Shown here: piece after piece, positions 46,413 through 56,187 of the stretch
How positions within the stretch are numbered: the stretch's first letter is position 1
How the letters are laid out: each line of letters begins with the position of its first letter
Source: Hyphomicrobiales bacterium
GTDB taxonomy: Bacteria > Pseudomonadota > Alphaproteobacteria > Rhizobiales > Devosiaceae
Assembly (NCBI GenBank): GCA_004144345.1
Contig: SEEL01000014.1
Location: 17,626-81,625 of the forward strand
Direction of reading: 5' to 3'
DNA: 64,000 bases
Program-made: the position numbers and the translations under genes
The notes under the pieces: generated by a model
Told to the model about the DNA's origin: nothing
Database searches by the model: none
The model's input: only the letters and a program-made list of their open reading frames with translations

Positions 46413-47918
46413 TTGATCATCAAACACGTTCTGGTGGGCGCCCTGATGGCGTCGGGGCTGGTTGCCCCGGCGATGGCGCAATCCAACACCGATATCACCG
46501 TGGTGCTCAGCGAAGAACTCGACCTGGTTGAGCCCTGCATGGCGACGCGATCCAACATTGGCCGCGTCATCATGGGCAATATCAGCGAGACGCTGACCGA
46601 GCTCGACGTGCGCGGCGACAAGGGCCTGATGCCCCGCCTCGCCGACAGCTGGGAAGACAAGGGCAATGGCACCTGGCAGTTCAAGCTGCATCCGGGCGTC
46701 AAGTTCTCCGACGGCACCGATTTCGATGCCGCCGACGTCAAGCACTCGTTCGATCGCGTCTTCAGCGACCAGATCACCTGCGAGAGCAAGCGCTACTTCG
46801 CCGACACCGCCCTGACCTTCAACATTGTCGACGCCACCACCATCGACATCACCGCGACGCCGGCCCAGCCGATCCTGCCGTTGCTGATGTCGCTCGTCAC
46901 CATCGTGCCGTCGGAAACGCCGGTCGAGTTCGTGCGTGATCCGGTCGGCACCGGCCCCTACAAGATGACCGAGTGGACCGCCGGCCAGCAGATCGTGCTC
47001 GAACGCCGCGACGATTATTGGGGCGCCGCCCCGGCCGTGACCAAGGCCACCTATGTGTTCCGCTCCGAGCCGACCGTTCGCGCGGCGATGGTCGAAGCCG
47101 GCGAGGCCGACATCGCGCCGCAGATCACCGAGGTGGAAGCCACCAACCCCAAGACCGACTTTACCTACCCGAACTCGGAAACCGTCTATCTGCGCATCGA
47201 CCAGACCGTCGAGCCGATGGGTGACCTGCGCGTCCGCAAGGCGCTCAACGCGGCGATCGATCGCGATGCCTTCATCGGCACCGTGCTTGCCGCCGGCACC
47301 GAGCTTGCTGTCGCCATGGTGCCCCCGACGACCCTGGGCTGGAACGGCGACCTCACCCCGCCGGCCTATGATCTTGAGCAGGCCAAGAAGTGGCTCGCCG
47401 AAGCCGAGGCCGATGGCGTCAACGTCAAGGCGCCGGTCGAAGTGATCGCCCGCACCGAGAACTTCCCGCACGTCACCGAAGTCGGTGAAGCGCTGGTCGA
47501 CATGCTCAACGAAGCCGGCTTCAACGCCAGCCTCCGCATGGTCGAAGTGGCCGAGCACGAGCAGTACTACTCCAAGCCCTACCCCGAAGGCCGCAATGCC
47601 CAGCTCGTCGTCGCCCAGCACGACAATGCGCGCGGCGACCCGGTGTTCTCGATGTACTTCAAGTACCACAGCCAGGGCACGCAGTCGGGCGTCAACGACC
47701 CCAAGGTCGACGAGCTGATCGAAAAGGCCAGCGCTGCGACCGGTGCGGATCGTGCCGCCCTGTGGTCCGAACTGTTCGCCTATGTGCAGAAGGACATCGT
47801 CGCCGACGCCCTGCTGTTCCACATGGTTGCCCATAGCCGGGTGAGCGAGCGTCTCGACTTCACCCCGACCATCGCCACCAACCAGCAGCTCCAGCTGAGC
47901 GAGATCGGCTTCAAGTAA
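46413..47918 (+). CDS. Opp/Dpp-type ABC substrate-binding protein (family 5)
   Basis: RBS GGGAGG, TTG start, signal peptide, LADSW, GVKFSDG, VGTGPYK, DLRVRKALNAAIDR. Confidence 0.92.
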   Translation: MIIKHVLVGALMASGLVAPAMAQSNTDITVVLSEELDLVEPCMATRSNIGRVIMGNISETLTELDVRGDKGLMPRLADSWEDKGNGTWQFKLHPGVKFSDGTDFDAADVKHSFDRVFSDQITCESKRYFADTALTFNIVDATTIDITATPAQPILPLLMSLVTIVPSETPVEFVRDPVGTGPYKMTEWTAGQQIVLERRDDYWGAAPAVTKATYVFRSEPTVRAAMVEAGEADIAPQITEVEATNPKTDFTYPNSETVYLRIDQTVEPMGDLRVRKALNAAIDRDAFIGTVLAAGTELAVAMVPPTTLGWNGDLTPPAYDLEQAKKWLAEAEADGVNVKAPVEVIARTENFPHVTEVGEALVDMLNEAGFNASLRMVEVAEHEQYYSKPYPEGRNAQLVVAQHDNARGDPVFSMYFKYHSQGTQSGVNDPKVDELIEKASAATGADRAALWSELFAYVQKDIVADALLFHMVAHSRVSERLDFTPTIATNQQLQLSEIGFK

Positions 47919-47941
47919 GCCTCTCTCCGGCCTACACTCAG

Positions 47942-47969
47942 GCGGTGCCGGACCTCACTTCGGCACCGC
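47942..47969 (+). other. Intercistronic hairpin after the SBP gene
   Basis: GCGGTGCCG/CGGCACCGC 9-bp stem. Confidence 0.55.
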
Positions 47970-47995
47970 TGCCCCGAACCAAACGGACGATCGCG

Positions 47996-48910
47996 ATGAC
48001 CAAACTGATCGGACAACGCGCGATTGCCAGTCTTCTGTCCCTGTTCGGGCTGATGATCCTGGTCTTCTTCCTGTCGCGCCTCACCGGTGACCCGGCGGTG
48101 CTGTTCCTGCCCATCGATGCCACCGAGCAGATGAAGCAGGAATTCCGTGCCCTGCACGGCCTCGACCTTCCCGTCATCGAGCAGTTCTGGCGCTACATCG
48201 TCGACCTCGCCCAGCTCGATTTCGGCGACAGCCTGCGCAAGGCCCGCCCTGCCCTCGACATCGTGCTCGAAGCCTATGCCTGGACGCTGCCGCTGGCCCT
48301 CATCACCATGGGCCTCGTCATCGTCGCCGCCATCGTGCTCGGCTCGCTCGCCGCCTTCAACGTCGGCGGCTTCTTCGACCGGCTCGTCTCCATCATCTCG
48401 CTGATCGGCGCCTCGGCCCCGGATTTCTGGATCGCCATCGTGGCGATCGTCATCTTTTCGATCGGGCTGGGCTGGGTGCCCACCTCCGGCGTCGGCACGC
48501 CGCTGCACTGGGTGTTGCCCATCGCCGTGCTGTTCATCCGCCCCTTCGGCCTCGTCGTGCAGGTGGTGCGCGGCTCGATGCTCTCAGCCCTCTCGGCGCC
48601 CTATGTGAAGACGGCGCGCGCCAAGGGCGTGAAAAACCTGCCGCTGATCTTCGTCCATACCCTGCGCAACGGCATGCTGCCGGTCGTCACCGTCATTGGC
48701 GACCAGGCCGCCGCCATGCTCAACGGCGCCGTGATCGTCGAGACCATTTTCGGCTTCCCTGGCATCGGCAAGCTGATGATCGACTCGATCCTGCAGCGCG
48801 ATTTCAACGTCGTGCTCGCCGCCATCATGATCACCGCCATCGCCATCTTCCTCATGAACATCCTGATCGACATCGCCTATTCGGTGCTCGATCCGCGTAT
48901 CCGTCACTAG
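47996..48910 (+). CDS. Opp/Dpp-type ABC permease
   Basis: GDPAV, YVKTARAKG, VETIFGFPGIG, DIAYSVLDPRIR. Confidence 0.93.
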   Translation: MTKLIGQRAIASLLSLFGLMILVFFLSRLTGDPAVLFLPIDATEQMKQEFRALHGLDLPVIEQFWRYIVDLAQLDFGDSLRKARPALDIVLEAYAWTLPLALITMGLVIVAAIVLGSLAAFNVGGFFDRLVSIISLIGASAPDFWIAIVAIVIFSIGLGWVPTSGVGTPLHWVLPIAVLFIRPFGLVVQVVRGSMLSALSAPYVKTARAKGVKNLPLIFVHTLRNGMLPVVTVIGDQAAAMLNGAVIVETIFGFPGIGKLMIDSILQRDFNVVLAAIMITAIAIFLMNILIDIAYSVLDPRIRH

Positions 48911-48922
48911 GAGGCGTCGCGC

Positions 48923-49840
48923 TTGTCCGACCTGTCGCTCGCCAAGACCCCTGCTCCCCGCCTCGCGCCGCCTTTGCTCGGCATGCTGTGGCGCGACAAG
49001 CTCGCCTTCACCTCGGCACTGGTGCTGCTGCTGATCGTCGCCGCGGCGCTGTTCGGCCCCATGCTGCTCGGCGAAATGGCGAGCGACCAGAATCTGCGTG
49101 GCCGCAATTTCCCGCCCTTCAGCCTCGACCGGGGCTGGGCCTTCTTCCTCGGCGGTGACTCTCTGGGCCGGCCGATGCTCGCCCGCCTCATCGTCGCGGC
49201 GCATTCGACCATGCTGATTGCCGCCGGCACTGTGGCCGCTGCCATGCTGATCGGCGCCACCCTCGGCCTCGTCGCGGGCTATCTGGGCCGCAACGTCTCG
49301 CAGGTCATCATGCGCCTTGCCGACGTCATCATGTCCTTCCCCTCGCTGCTGCTCGCCGTGGTGGTGCTCTATGTGCTCGGCGCGTCGATCCCCAACATGA
49401 TCCTCGTGCTCGCGCTCACCCGCATCCCGATCTATCTGCGCACGACCCGGGCCGAAGTGCTGGAAGTGCGCGAGCGCATGTTCGTACAGGCCGCCGTCGT
49501 GATGGGGGCGTCGCATGCCCGCATCATCTTCCGCCACATCCTCCCCGTCGTGGCGCCGACGCTGGTGACCATTGCAACGCTCGACTTCGCTTTCGTCATG
49601 CTGGCGGAAAGCTCGCTGAGCTTCCTCGGCATCGGCGTGCAGCCGCCCGATATCACCTGGGGCCTGATGGTGGCACAGGGCCGCCCCTACCTCACTACCG
49701 CCTGGTGGCTCGCCTTCTGGCCGGGCCTGCTGATCGTCATCACCGCCCTGTCGCTCAACCTGTTGTCGAACTGGATGCGGATCGCGCTCGACCCCAATCT
49801 GCGCTGGCGCCTCGAAGCGCGGAGTACCGCCAATGGCTGA
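48923..49840 (+). CDS. Opp/Dpp-type ABC permease
   Basis: LGGDSLGR, MRLADVIMSFP, AAVVMGAS, ESSLSFLGIG. Confidence 0.93.
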   Translation: MSDLSLAKTPAPRLAPPLLGMLWRDKLAFTSALVLLLIVAAALFGPMLLGEMASDQNLRGRNFPPFSLDRGWAFFLGGDSLGRPMLARLIVAAHSTMLIAAGTVAAAMLIGATLGLVAGYLGRNVSQVIMRLADVIMSFPSLLLAVVVLYVLGASIPNMILVLALTRIPIYLRTTRAEVLEVRERMFVQAAVVMGASHARIIFRHILPVVAPTLVTIATLDFAFVMLAESSLSFLGIGVQPPDITWGLMVAQGRPYLTTAWWLAFWPGLLIVITALSLNLLSNWMRIALDPNLRWRLEARSTANG

Positions 49841-51452
49841 CGCCCTGCTCACCGTCCGCAATCTGTCGGTCGATTTCCACACCGCCCGCGGCACCGTTCA
49901 TGCCGTCAAGAACATCAGCTGGTCGGTCGGCCGCGGCGAGACCCTTGCCGTGCTCGGCGAAAGCGGTTCGGGCAAGTCGGTCTCCGCCAATGCGGTGATG
50001 AACCTGCTCGACACTCCGCCGGCCCAGATCGTCTCGGGCGAGATCATCTATGACGGCAAGGATCTGTTGAAGGTCAGCTACGAGGAGCACCGGGCGCTCA
50101 ACGGCAAGAAGATCGCCATGATCTTCCAGGACCCGCTCGGTCACCTCAATCCGGTCTACACCGTGGGCTGGCAGATCATCGAGATGATGACCGCGCATGG
50201 CCGCCCCGCCGGCCTCGCGCGCAGCCGCGCGCTCGAACTCATCGCCCGCGTCGGCATTGCCGACCCCCAGGCGGCGATGCGCAAATATCCGCATCAATTC
50301 TCCGGCGGCCAGCGCCAGCGCCTGATGATCGCCATGGCGCTGATGCTGAAGCCCGACATCCTGATTGCCGACGAGCCGACGACGGCACTCGACGTCACCA
50401 TCCAGGCGGAAGTGCTCGCGCTCCTCAAGGAACTGCAGGCCGAGACCGGCATGAGCCTCGTGCTCATCACCCATGACCTCGGCGTTGTCGCCGAGATCGC
50501 CGACCGCGTGGTGGTGATGAACCAGGGCGAGATCGTCGAACAGGGTTCGGTGCGCGACGTCTACCACAACCCCCAGCACCCCTATACGAAGAAGCTCATT
50601 GGTGCCGCCCCCGGCAAGGGTGAGATCAAGCAGCTCGAAGCGGATTTGCCGCTCCTGCTCGACGTGAAAAACCTGAGCAAGACCTACGGCGATTTTACCG
50701 CGCTCAATAGTGTCTCGCTGACTCTCGCGCGCGGCCAGAGCCTCGCGGTCGTGGGTGAGAGCGGCTCGGGCAAATCGACCCTCGCCCGCACCCTGCTCCG
50801 GCTTGAAACCGCCGATGGCGGCGAAGCCCTGTGGAAGGGTCGCGACCTGATCCGTATGAAGGCGCGCGACCTGCTCGGTGTCCGCCGCGAAATCCAGATG
50901 GTGTTCCAGGACCCGACGCAATCGCTCAATCCGCGCATGTCGGTCTACCAGCTCATCGCCGAAGGCTGGGACATCCACCGGCTGATGCCGGACAAATCGC
51001 AGCGCCGGGCCCGGGTGCTTGAGCTGCTCGATCAGGTCGGCCTCGCACCCGAGCATGCCGAACGCTATCCGCATCAATTCTCGGGCGGCCAGCGCCAGCG
51101 CATTGCGATCGCAAGGGCGCTGGCGCTCGAGCCCGAGCTGATCATCTGCGACGAAGCGGTCTCGGCCCTCGACGTGTCCATCCAGGCGCAGGTCATCGCC
51201 CTCCTCGACGGCCTGCGCCAGCGGCTGAACATCTCGTTCCTCTTCATCGCCCATGATCTCGGCGTCGTGCGCGATTTCGCCGATACGGTGATCGTCATGA
51301 AAGCCGGTGAGATCGTCGAACGCGGCCCGACCGCACAGATCTTCGACGCCCCGCCGCACCCCTATACGCAGCGCCTCCTCGCCGCCAATCTCGACCCCGA
51401 TCCCGACGTGCAGGCCCAACGTCGCGCGGCCAAGGCGCCCGCCGATGCCTGA
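49833..51452 (+). CDS. Opp/Dpp-type ABC ATPase with two fused NBDs
   Basis: GESGSGKS x2, FSGGQRQR x2, [18 protein letters not shown]. Confidence 0.95.
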   Translation: MADALLTVRNLSVDFHTARGTVHAVKNISWSVGRGETLAVLGESGSGKSVSANAVMNLLDTPPAQIVSGEIIYDGKDLLKVSYEEHRALNGKKIAMIFQDPLGHLNPVYTVGWQIIEMMTAHGRPAGLARSRALELIARVGIADPQAAMRKYPHQFSGGQRQRLMIAMALMLKPDILIADEPTTALDVTIQAEVLALLKELQAETGMSLVLITHDLGVVAEIADRVVVMNQGEIVEQGSVRDVYHNPQHPYTKKLIGAAPGKGEIKQLEADLPLLLDVKNLSKTYGDFTALNSVSLTLARGQSLAVVGESGSGKSTLARTLLRLETADGGEALWKGRDLIRMKARDLLGVRREIQMVFQDPTQSLNPRMSVYQLIAEGWDIHRLMPDKSQRRARVLELLDQVGLAPEHAERYPHQFSGGQRQRIAIARALALEPELIICDEAVSALDVSIQAQVIALLDGLRQRLNISFLFIAHDLGVVRDFADTVIVMKAGEIVERGPTAQIFDAPPHPYTQRLLAANLDPDPDVQAQRRAAKAPADA

Positions 51453-52485
51453 GCTGACGATTGTCGCCGATGATTTGACCGGCGCACTCGATACGGCCGC
51501 GCCCTTCGCCATGCGCGGCATCCGGACGGTGGTCGCGCTGAACCCCGAGGCGCTCCCCGAGGCCATCGCCAGCGGCGCCCGGATCGTCTCCGTCTCCACC
51601 GACAGCCGCGAGTTGAGCCCGGCAGGTGCCAGCAGCACTGTCGAACGGGCGATCGCCGCGCTGCCGGCGGGCACACGGCTGTTCAAGAAGATCGACTCGC
51701 GGCTCAAGGGCAATATCGAGGCCGAGCTCGATCCCCTCCCCCATACACGGAGCCTCGTCATCCCCGCCATTCCCGCCTTCGGCCGGTTGGTGCAGGGCGG
51801 CAGTCTCCACGGCGCCGGCGTCAGCGAGCCCATCGGCATCGCCGCCCGCCTCGGCCGCCACGCGGGCGCCGCGACCATCCCCGACATCCGCACCCAGGCC
51901 GATATCGAGGCCGCCCTCGCTGGCGATTTTGACCTGCTCGTCGGCGCGCGGGGCCTCGCCGAGGCGATGGCCGTCGCAATGGCGCCTGAACCGCGCGTGC
52001 CCGGCATCGAGCTGCCGTCCGGCCCCGCTTATTGCGTGATCGGCTCCACCGATCCCATCACTGTCGAACAACTCAGGCGCCTGCGCCGCCGCCTGCCGGA
52101 GCTCGCTTGCATCGCCGCGCCCAATGGCGAAGCGCCCATCGGCTTGGCCGCCGCCGGGCCGCTGACCATCATCGAAGCGACGCAGGGAACCGCACCCGCC
52201 GACGCGAGGACCGTTGCCGCGGCTCTCGCCCGCTCCCTCGTCCGCCTGTCGCCGCCGCCGGGCGCGCTGCTTGTCCTCTCAGGCGGGGCTACCGCTCAGG
52301 CCATTCTCGAGCAGATGCATGTGCATATCCTCGATCTGGTCGGCGAAGCGTTGCCCGGCCTGCCCTTGGCGACAGCAGGTGACTTGACTGTCGTGACCAA
52401 ATCGGGCGGCTTTGGCGACGAGAACACCCTGCTTCGCCTGCTCGCTGGGTTTCTCGAACCCCGGGAGCGTGTTGCCCTATCATGA
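51445..52485 (+). CDS. Four-carbon acid sugar kinase (DUF1537, DtnK/DenK family)
   Basis: VADDLTGALD, FKKIDSRLKGNI, PAIPAFGR, SGGATA, TKSGGFG. Confidence 0.92.
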   Translation: MPELTIVADDLTGALDTAAPFAMRGIRTVVALNPEALPEAIASGARIVSVSTDSRELSPAGASSTVERAIAALPAGTRLFKKIDSRLKGNIEAELDPLPHTRSLVIPAIPAFGRLVQGGSLHGAGVSEPIGIAARLGRHAGAATIPDIRTQADIEAALAGDFDLLVGARGLAEAMAVAMAPEPRVPGIELPSGPAYCVIGSTDPITVEQLRRLRRRLPELACIAAPNGEAPIGLAAAGPLTIIEATQGTAPADARTVAAALARSLVRLSPPPGALLVLSGGATAQAILEQMHVHILDLVGEALPGLPLATAGDLTVVTKSGGFGDENTLLRLLAGFLEPRERVALS

Positions 52486-53186
52486 ACGAAGGTCTCAACG
52501 TCCGGCGCAGCCTCTCCGATGCGGTGTTCGATCGCATCCAGCGGGCCATCAAGTCCGGGGCCTATGCCATTGATGAGCGCCTGCCCACCGAGCACACGCT
52601 TGCCTCCGAATTCCAGGTGTCGCGACCGGTGGTCCGCGATGCCCTGCAGCGGCTGCGCGATCAGGGCCTCATCTACTCGCGTCGCGGCGCCGGCAGCTTT
52701 GTGCGCGAACAGGGCATCCGCGAGCCGCTCGGCTTCGGCCAGATGGAGAACCTCTCCGATCTGCAGCATTGCTACGATTTTCGCCTGACCATCGAGCCAG
52801 AGGCGGCGGCGATGGCGGCCCTCAGGCGCACACCCGAGGGGCTGCAGAAGATCAAGACGGCGCTGGCCCTGCTGCGCGACGCGACCAACCGGCAGGCGCA
52901 CCGCGCCGATGCCGATTTTCTGTTCCACCTCAGCATCGCCCAGGCCTCGGGGAACCCCTATTTCTCCACTGCCATGCAGGCGCTCGAAGAGCACATCGCC
53001 GTGGGTATGCGCTTTCACGGCATGACGCTGCGTAGCACCACCGATGGCCTCCAGCATGTGTTCGTCGAACACTCCGCGGTGTGCGAGGCGATCGAGCGCG
53101 GCGACGCATCTGCGGCCCGCAGCCTGATGCGCACCCACCTCACCGGCTCCCGCGACCGCCTGTTCGCGCCCAAGCCCCCGGCCTGA
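52482..53186 (+). CDS. GntR/FadR family regulator
   Basis: RLPTEHTLASEFQVSRPVVRDAL, GAGSFV, FHLSIAQASGN. Confidence 0.94.
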   Translation: MNEGLNVRRSLSDAVFDRIQRAIKSGAYAIDERLPTEHTLASEFQVSRPVVRDALQRLRDQGLIYSRRGAGSFVREQGIREPLGFGQMENLSDLQHCYDFRLTIEPEAAAMAALRRTPEGLQKIKTALALLRDATNRQAHRADADFLFHLSIAQASGNPYFSTAMQALEEHIAVGMRFHGMTLRSTTDGLQHVFVEHSAVCEAIERGDASAARSLMRTHLTGSRDRLFAPKPPA

Positions 53187-53192
53187 GGCTCC

Positions 53193-54851
53193 CTAGCCGT
53201 CAACCGATGCGGCCGTCGCCCACACATTGGCCTCGAACGGGCCAAGCGACAGCGTCGCCGGAAGCACATCAGCGGGCGCCGCAGCGCCAATGACCGTGAC
53301 CCATTTGCGGCGCAGCGCCTGCGGCACATCCACGGTTACGCTTCGTGCCGTGAAGTTGGCGACCACCATTATCGACTGGTCCGCGACGCTGCGCGTATAG
53401 GCCATGACATCCGGGTGCTCATCGAGCCATGACCTGTACCGGCCATCGACGATGATGCGCATCTCCTTGCGCAGCGCGATCAGCCGCCGGTAGTGCGCCA
53501 AGATGGACAGCGGATCGTGCTCGGCCGCCTCGACATTGATCTGCGTATGGTTGGGATTGACGTCGATCCACGGCGTGCCGCTCGTGAACCCGGCATTCGG
53601 GCCGGCGCTCCATTGCATCGGCGTGCGGGAATTGTCGCGACCATTTTCATTCGCGCCGGCAATGAAATCGGCCTCGGGCAGGCCCGCCTCGAGATGCAGC
53701 CGATGCATGTTGAGCGTTTCGATGTCGCGATACTGCGCAATCGAGGTGAACGGCACATTGGTCATGCCGATCTCCTCGCCCTGATACACATAGGGCGTGC
53801 CCTTGAGGAAATGCAGTACCGTCGCCAGCATCTTCGCCGACTCGACGCGATAGCCCTTGTCATCGCCATATTTCGACACGGCGCGCGGCAGATCGTGATT
53901 GCCCCAGAACAGCGAGTTCCAGCCATCGTCGGCCAGCGCCTCCTGCCAGCGGCTGATGATGCGCTTGAGCCCGACGAGGTCGAACGGCTTGGGCTGCCAC
54001 TTGCCCCATGTCTCGTGCCACTGCGCCATCACATGCTCGAACTGGAACACCATCGACAGCTCGCGCCGGTCGCGGCCGGAATAGAGCAGCGCACTCTCCG
54101 GCGTCGCGCTCCATGACTCGCCAACCGTCAGCACGTCGCGCCCGGCCAGCGTCTCGCGGTGCATCTCCTGCAGATACTCATGCAGCTTCGGCCCGTCGGC
54201 GGTGATGCCGCGATCGGGTTCCTTGGCAATGAGGTTGATCACATCCATGCGAAAGCCCGCGATGCCGCGATCGAGCCAGCGATTCATCATCGCATAGATC
54301 TCGGCCCGCACTTCCGGGTTCTCCCAGTTGAGATCCGGCTGCTCCTTGGCGAACTGGTGGAAGTAATATTGCCCGCTCGCCTCATCCAGCGTCCATGCCG
54401 GGCCGCCAAAGGTCGATTGGATATCATTGGGCAGGCCGCCATCGGACCCGGCATCGCGCCACACATAGAAGTCGCGATAGCGGCTGGTCCGCGCCGATCG
54501 CGCGTCGATGAACCAGCGATGGTGGTCCGAGGTGTGGTTGACCACCAGATCCATCAGGATGCCGATGCCCCGCGCCTTCGCTTCCGCGATCAGCCGGTCG
54601 AAATCCTCGAGCGTGCCGAAGATCGGCGCGATCGCCTCATAGTCGGCAATGTCATAGCCATTGTCCGCCATCGGCGACTGGAAGATCGGCGACAGCCAGA
54701 TCACCCCGATGCCGAGCTGCTGCAGATAGTCGAGCTTCGACACGATGCCCGGCAAGTCGCCCATGCCGTCGCCATTGCTGTCGGCAAAGCTGCGCGGATA
54801 GATCTGGTACACGGTGGCGCTCTGCCACCAATGCGTCGGCTGCTTGGTCAT
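53193..54851 (-). CDS. GH13 oligo-1,6-glucosidase / alpha-glucosidase
   Basis: YQIYPRSFADSNGDG.GD, DNGYDI, DLVVNHTSD, GFRMDVI, VGE, NHD.PR, RDNSRTPMQW. Confidence 0.94.
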   Translation of the reverse strand: MTKQPTHWWQSATVYQIYPRSFADSNGDGMGDLPGIVSKLDYLQQLGIGVIWLSPIFQSPMADNGYDIADYEAIAPIFGTLEDFDRLIAEAKARGIGILMDLVVNHTSDHHRWFIDARSARTSRYRDFYVWRDAGSDGGLPNDIQSTFGGPAWTLDEASGQYYFHQFAKEQPDLNWENPEVRAEIYAMMNRWLDRGIAGFRMDVINLIAKEPDRGITADGPKLHEYLQEMHRETLAGRDVLTVGESWSATPESALLYSGRDRRELSMVFQFEHVMAQWHETWGKWQPKPFDLVGLKRIISRWQEALADDGWNSLFWGNHDLPRAVSKYGDDKGYRVESAKMLATVLHFLKGTPYVYQGEEIGMTNVPFTSIAQYRDIETLNMHRLHLEAGLPEADFIAGANENGRDNSRTPMQWSAGPNAGFTSGTPWIDVNPNHTQINVEAAEHDPLSILAHYRRLIALRKEMRIIVDGRYRSWLDEHPDVMAYTRSVADQSIMVVANFTARSVTVDVPQALRRKWVTVIGAAAPADVLPATLSLGPFEANVWATAASVDG

Positions 54852-54863
54852 GCTGTCTCGATG

Positions 54864-56021
54864 TCAGTGCTGATCGGTACGGTGCCCGAGAACGAAGGTC
54901 TGGATGGCGACGACGGCGGCGCCACGGCACCACTCGACATTGTCGCCGGAACGAATGGTCAGCGGCAACGGCCTCGTGCGCGGATCGCGGTCGGCCCGCA
55001 GCCCCATCTCGACCGCCTCCGACGCCACCGACGCGAGCCGCACCCCCTCGCCGCCGATCACCACCGTCTCGGGCATGGTAAGATTGGCGATCGCCGCGAG
55101 CAGCCGGCCGAGCCCCCGGCCCGCATCGTCGACAATGCGTCGCGCCGCCGGCTCACCCGAGGCGGCAAGGTTGAGCGCCGCCTTGTAGGTGACGGGCTTG
55201 CCCAGCGCCTGCGATACCGATTGCGCGATGGCGCTGTCGGTGAGGATAGCCTTGGCGCAGCCGCGATGGCCTTCCGAACACACCGGCCCGAACGGATCGA
55301 GCGGCCAGTGGCCGATCAGCCCGATGCCGAATTCGTCGTTGCTCACGATCTCGTCATGGATGACGAGGCCATAGCCGATACCGGCGCCCAGCGTCACCAC
55401 CGCAAAGCGGTCGAGACCGCGCCCCGCCCCGAACCAGTGCTCATACTCGGTGAAGGCAACGAGATCGTTCTCGATGATGACAGGCAGGCCAGTGGCAGCC
55501 TCGACGAGACTGCCGAGCGAAACGTCGTTCCATTTGAGGAACGGCGCGCTGCGCACCAGCCCATGCTCCTCGATCAACCCGCCTACGCCGATGCCGATTG
55601 CCGTGACTTCCGGCTGCCCGCGCATCAGCGATTTCGCCAGTTCGGCGATGACCTCGACCACCGCTGCCGGATCGGTGCCCTTGAGCTTCCGGCTCTCGGT
55701 CGCCAGCACATTGGCGCGCAGATCTGCGGTGACGCCGAGCACTTCTTCCGATGTCAGCTTCATGCCGACGAAGCGGCGCGAGCCGGGCACGATATCGAGC
55801 AATTGCTGCGGCCGGCCCACCTTGCCGTCGGCCTGCTCGCCAGCCTCGACCAACAGGCCCGACTCCAGCAGCGGGTTGGCAAGCCGCGTCAGCGAGCCCG
55901 GCGACAGCTCGAGCCGGCGCGCCACTTCGCTGCGCGACAGCGGCCCGTGAATGAGCACTTCAAGCGCCACGGCGCGCATAGCCCCATCTCCGGGCGTCCA
56001 GCGTGGCGTGGTTATTCTCAT
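54864..56021 (-). CDS. ROK family transcriptional regulator
   Basis: N-terminal HTH with GRP, IENDLVA, LGAGIG, GHRGC, CRGAA. Confidence 0.92.
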   Translation of the reverse strand: MRITTPRWTPGDGAMRAVALEVLIHGPLSRSEVARRLELSPGSLTRLANPLLESGLLVEAGEQADGKVGRPQQLLDIVPGSRRFVGMKLTSEEVLGVTADLRANVLATESRKLKGTDPAAVVEVIAELAKSLMRGQPEVTAIGIGVGGLIEEHGLVRSAPFLKWNDVSLGSLVEAATGLPVIIENDLVAFTEYEHWFGAGRGLDRFAVVTLGAGIGYGLVIHDEIVSNDEFGIGLIGHWPLDPFGPVCSEGHRGCAKAILTDSAIAQSVSQALGKPVTYKAALNLAASGEPAARRIVDDAGRGLGRLLAAIANLTMPETVVIGGEGVRLASVASEAVEMGLRADRDPRTRPLPLTIRSGDNVEWCRGAAVVAIQTFVLGHRTDQH

Positions 56022-56061
56022 GGGTCAGGGCTCCTCATTTCGAGGCATTAGCGCATCACAA

Positions 56062-56149
56062 TAGTTTTGCCAAGGAACATAATCGGCCGGAATCCAGCCC
56101 TTGTTCCGCCAGTTGACAGCCTAATTACTTCCGTCATAAAACAATTAGG
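56062..56149. promoter_or_regulatory. Divergent promoter region with putative ROK operators
   Basis: TTGACA (56113-56118)-N16-CATAAA; related sites TAGTTTTGCCAAGGAACATA (56062) and TACTTCCGTCATAAAACAAT (56126); CCTAATT/AATTAGG dyad. Confidence 0.5.
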
Positions 56150-56187
56150 ACGGGTCCCCCGAAGGTCCCGCATCAGGAGGATTTCAC

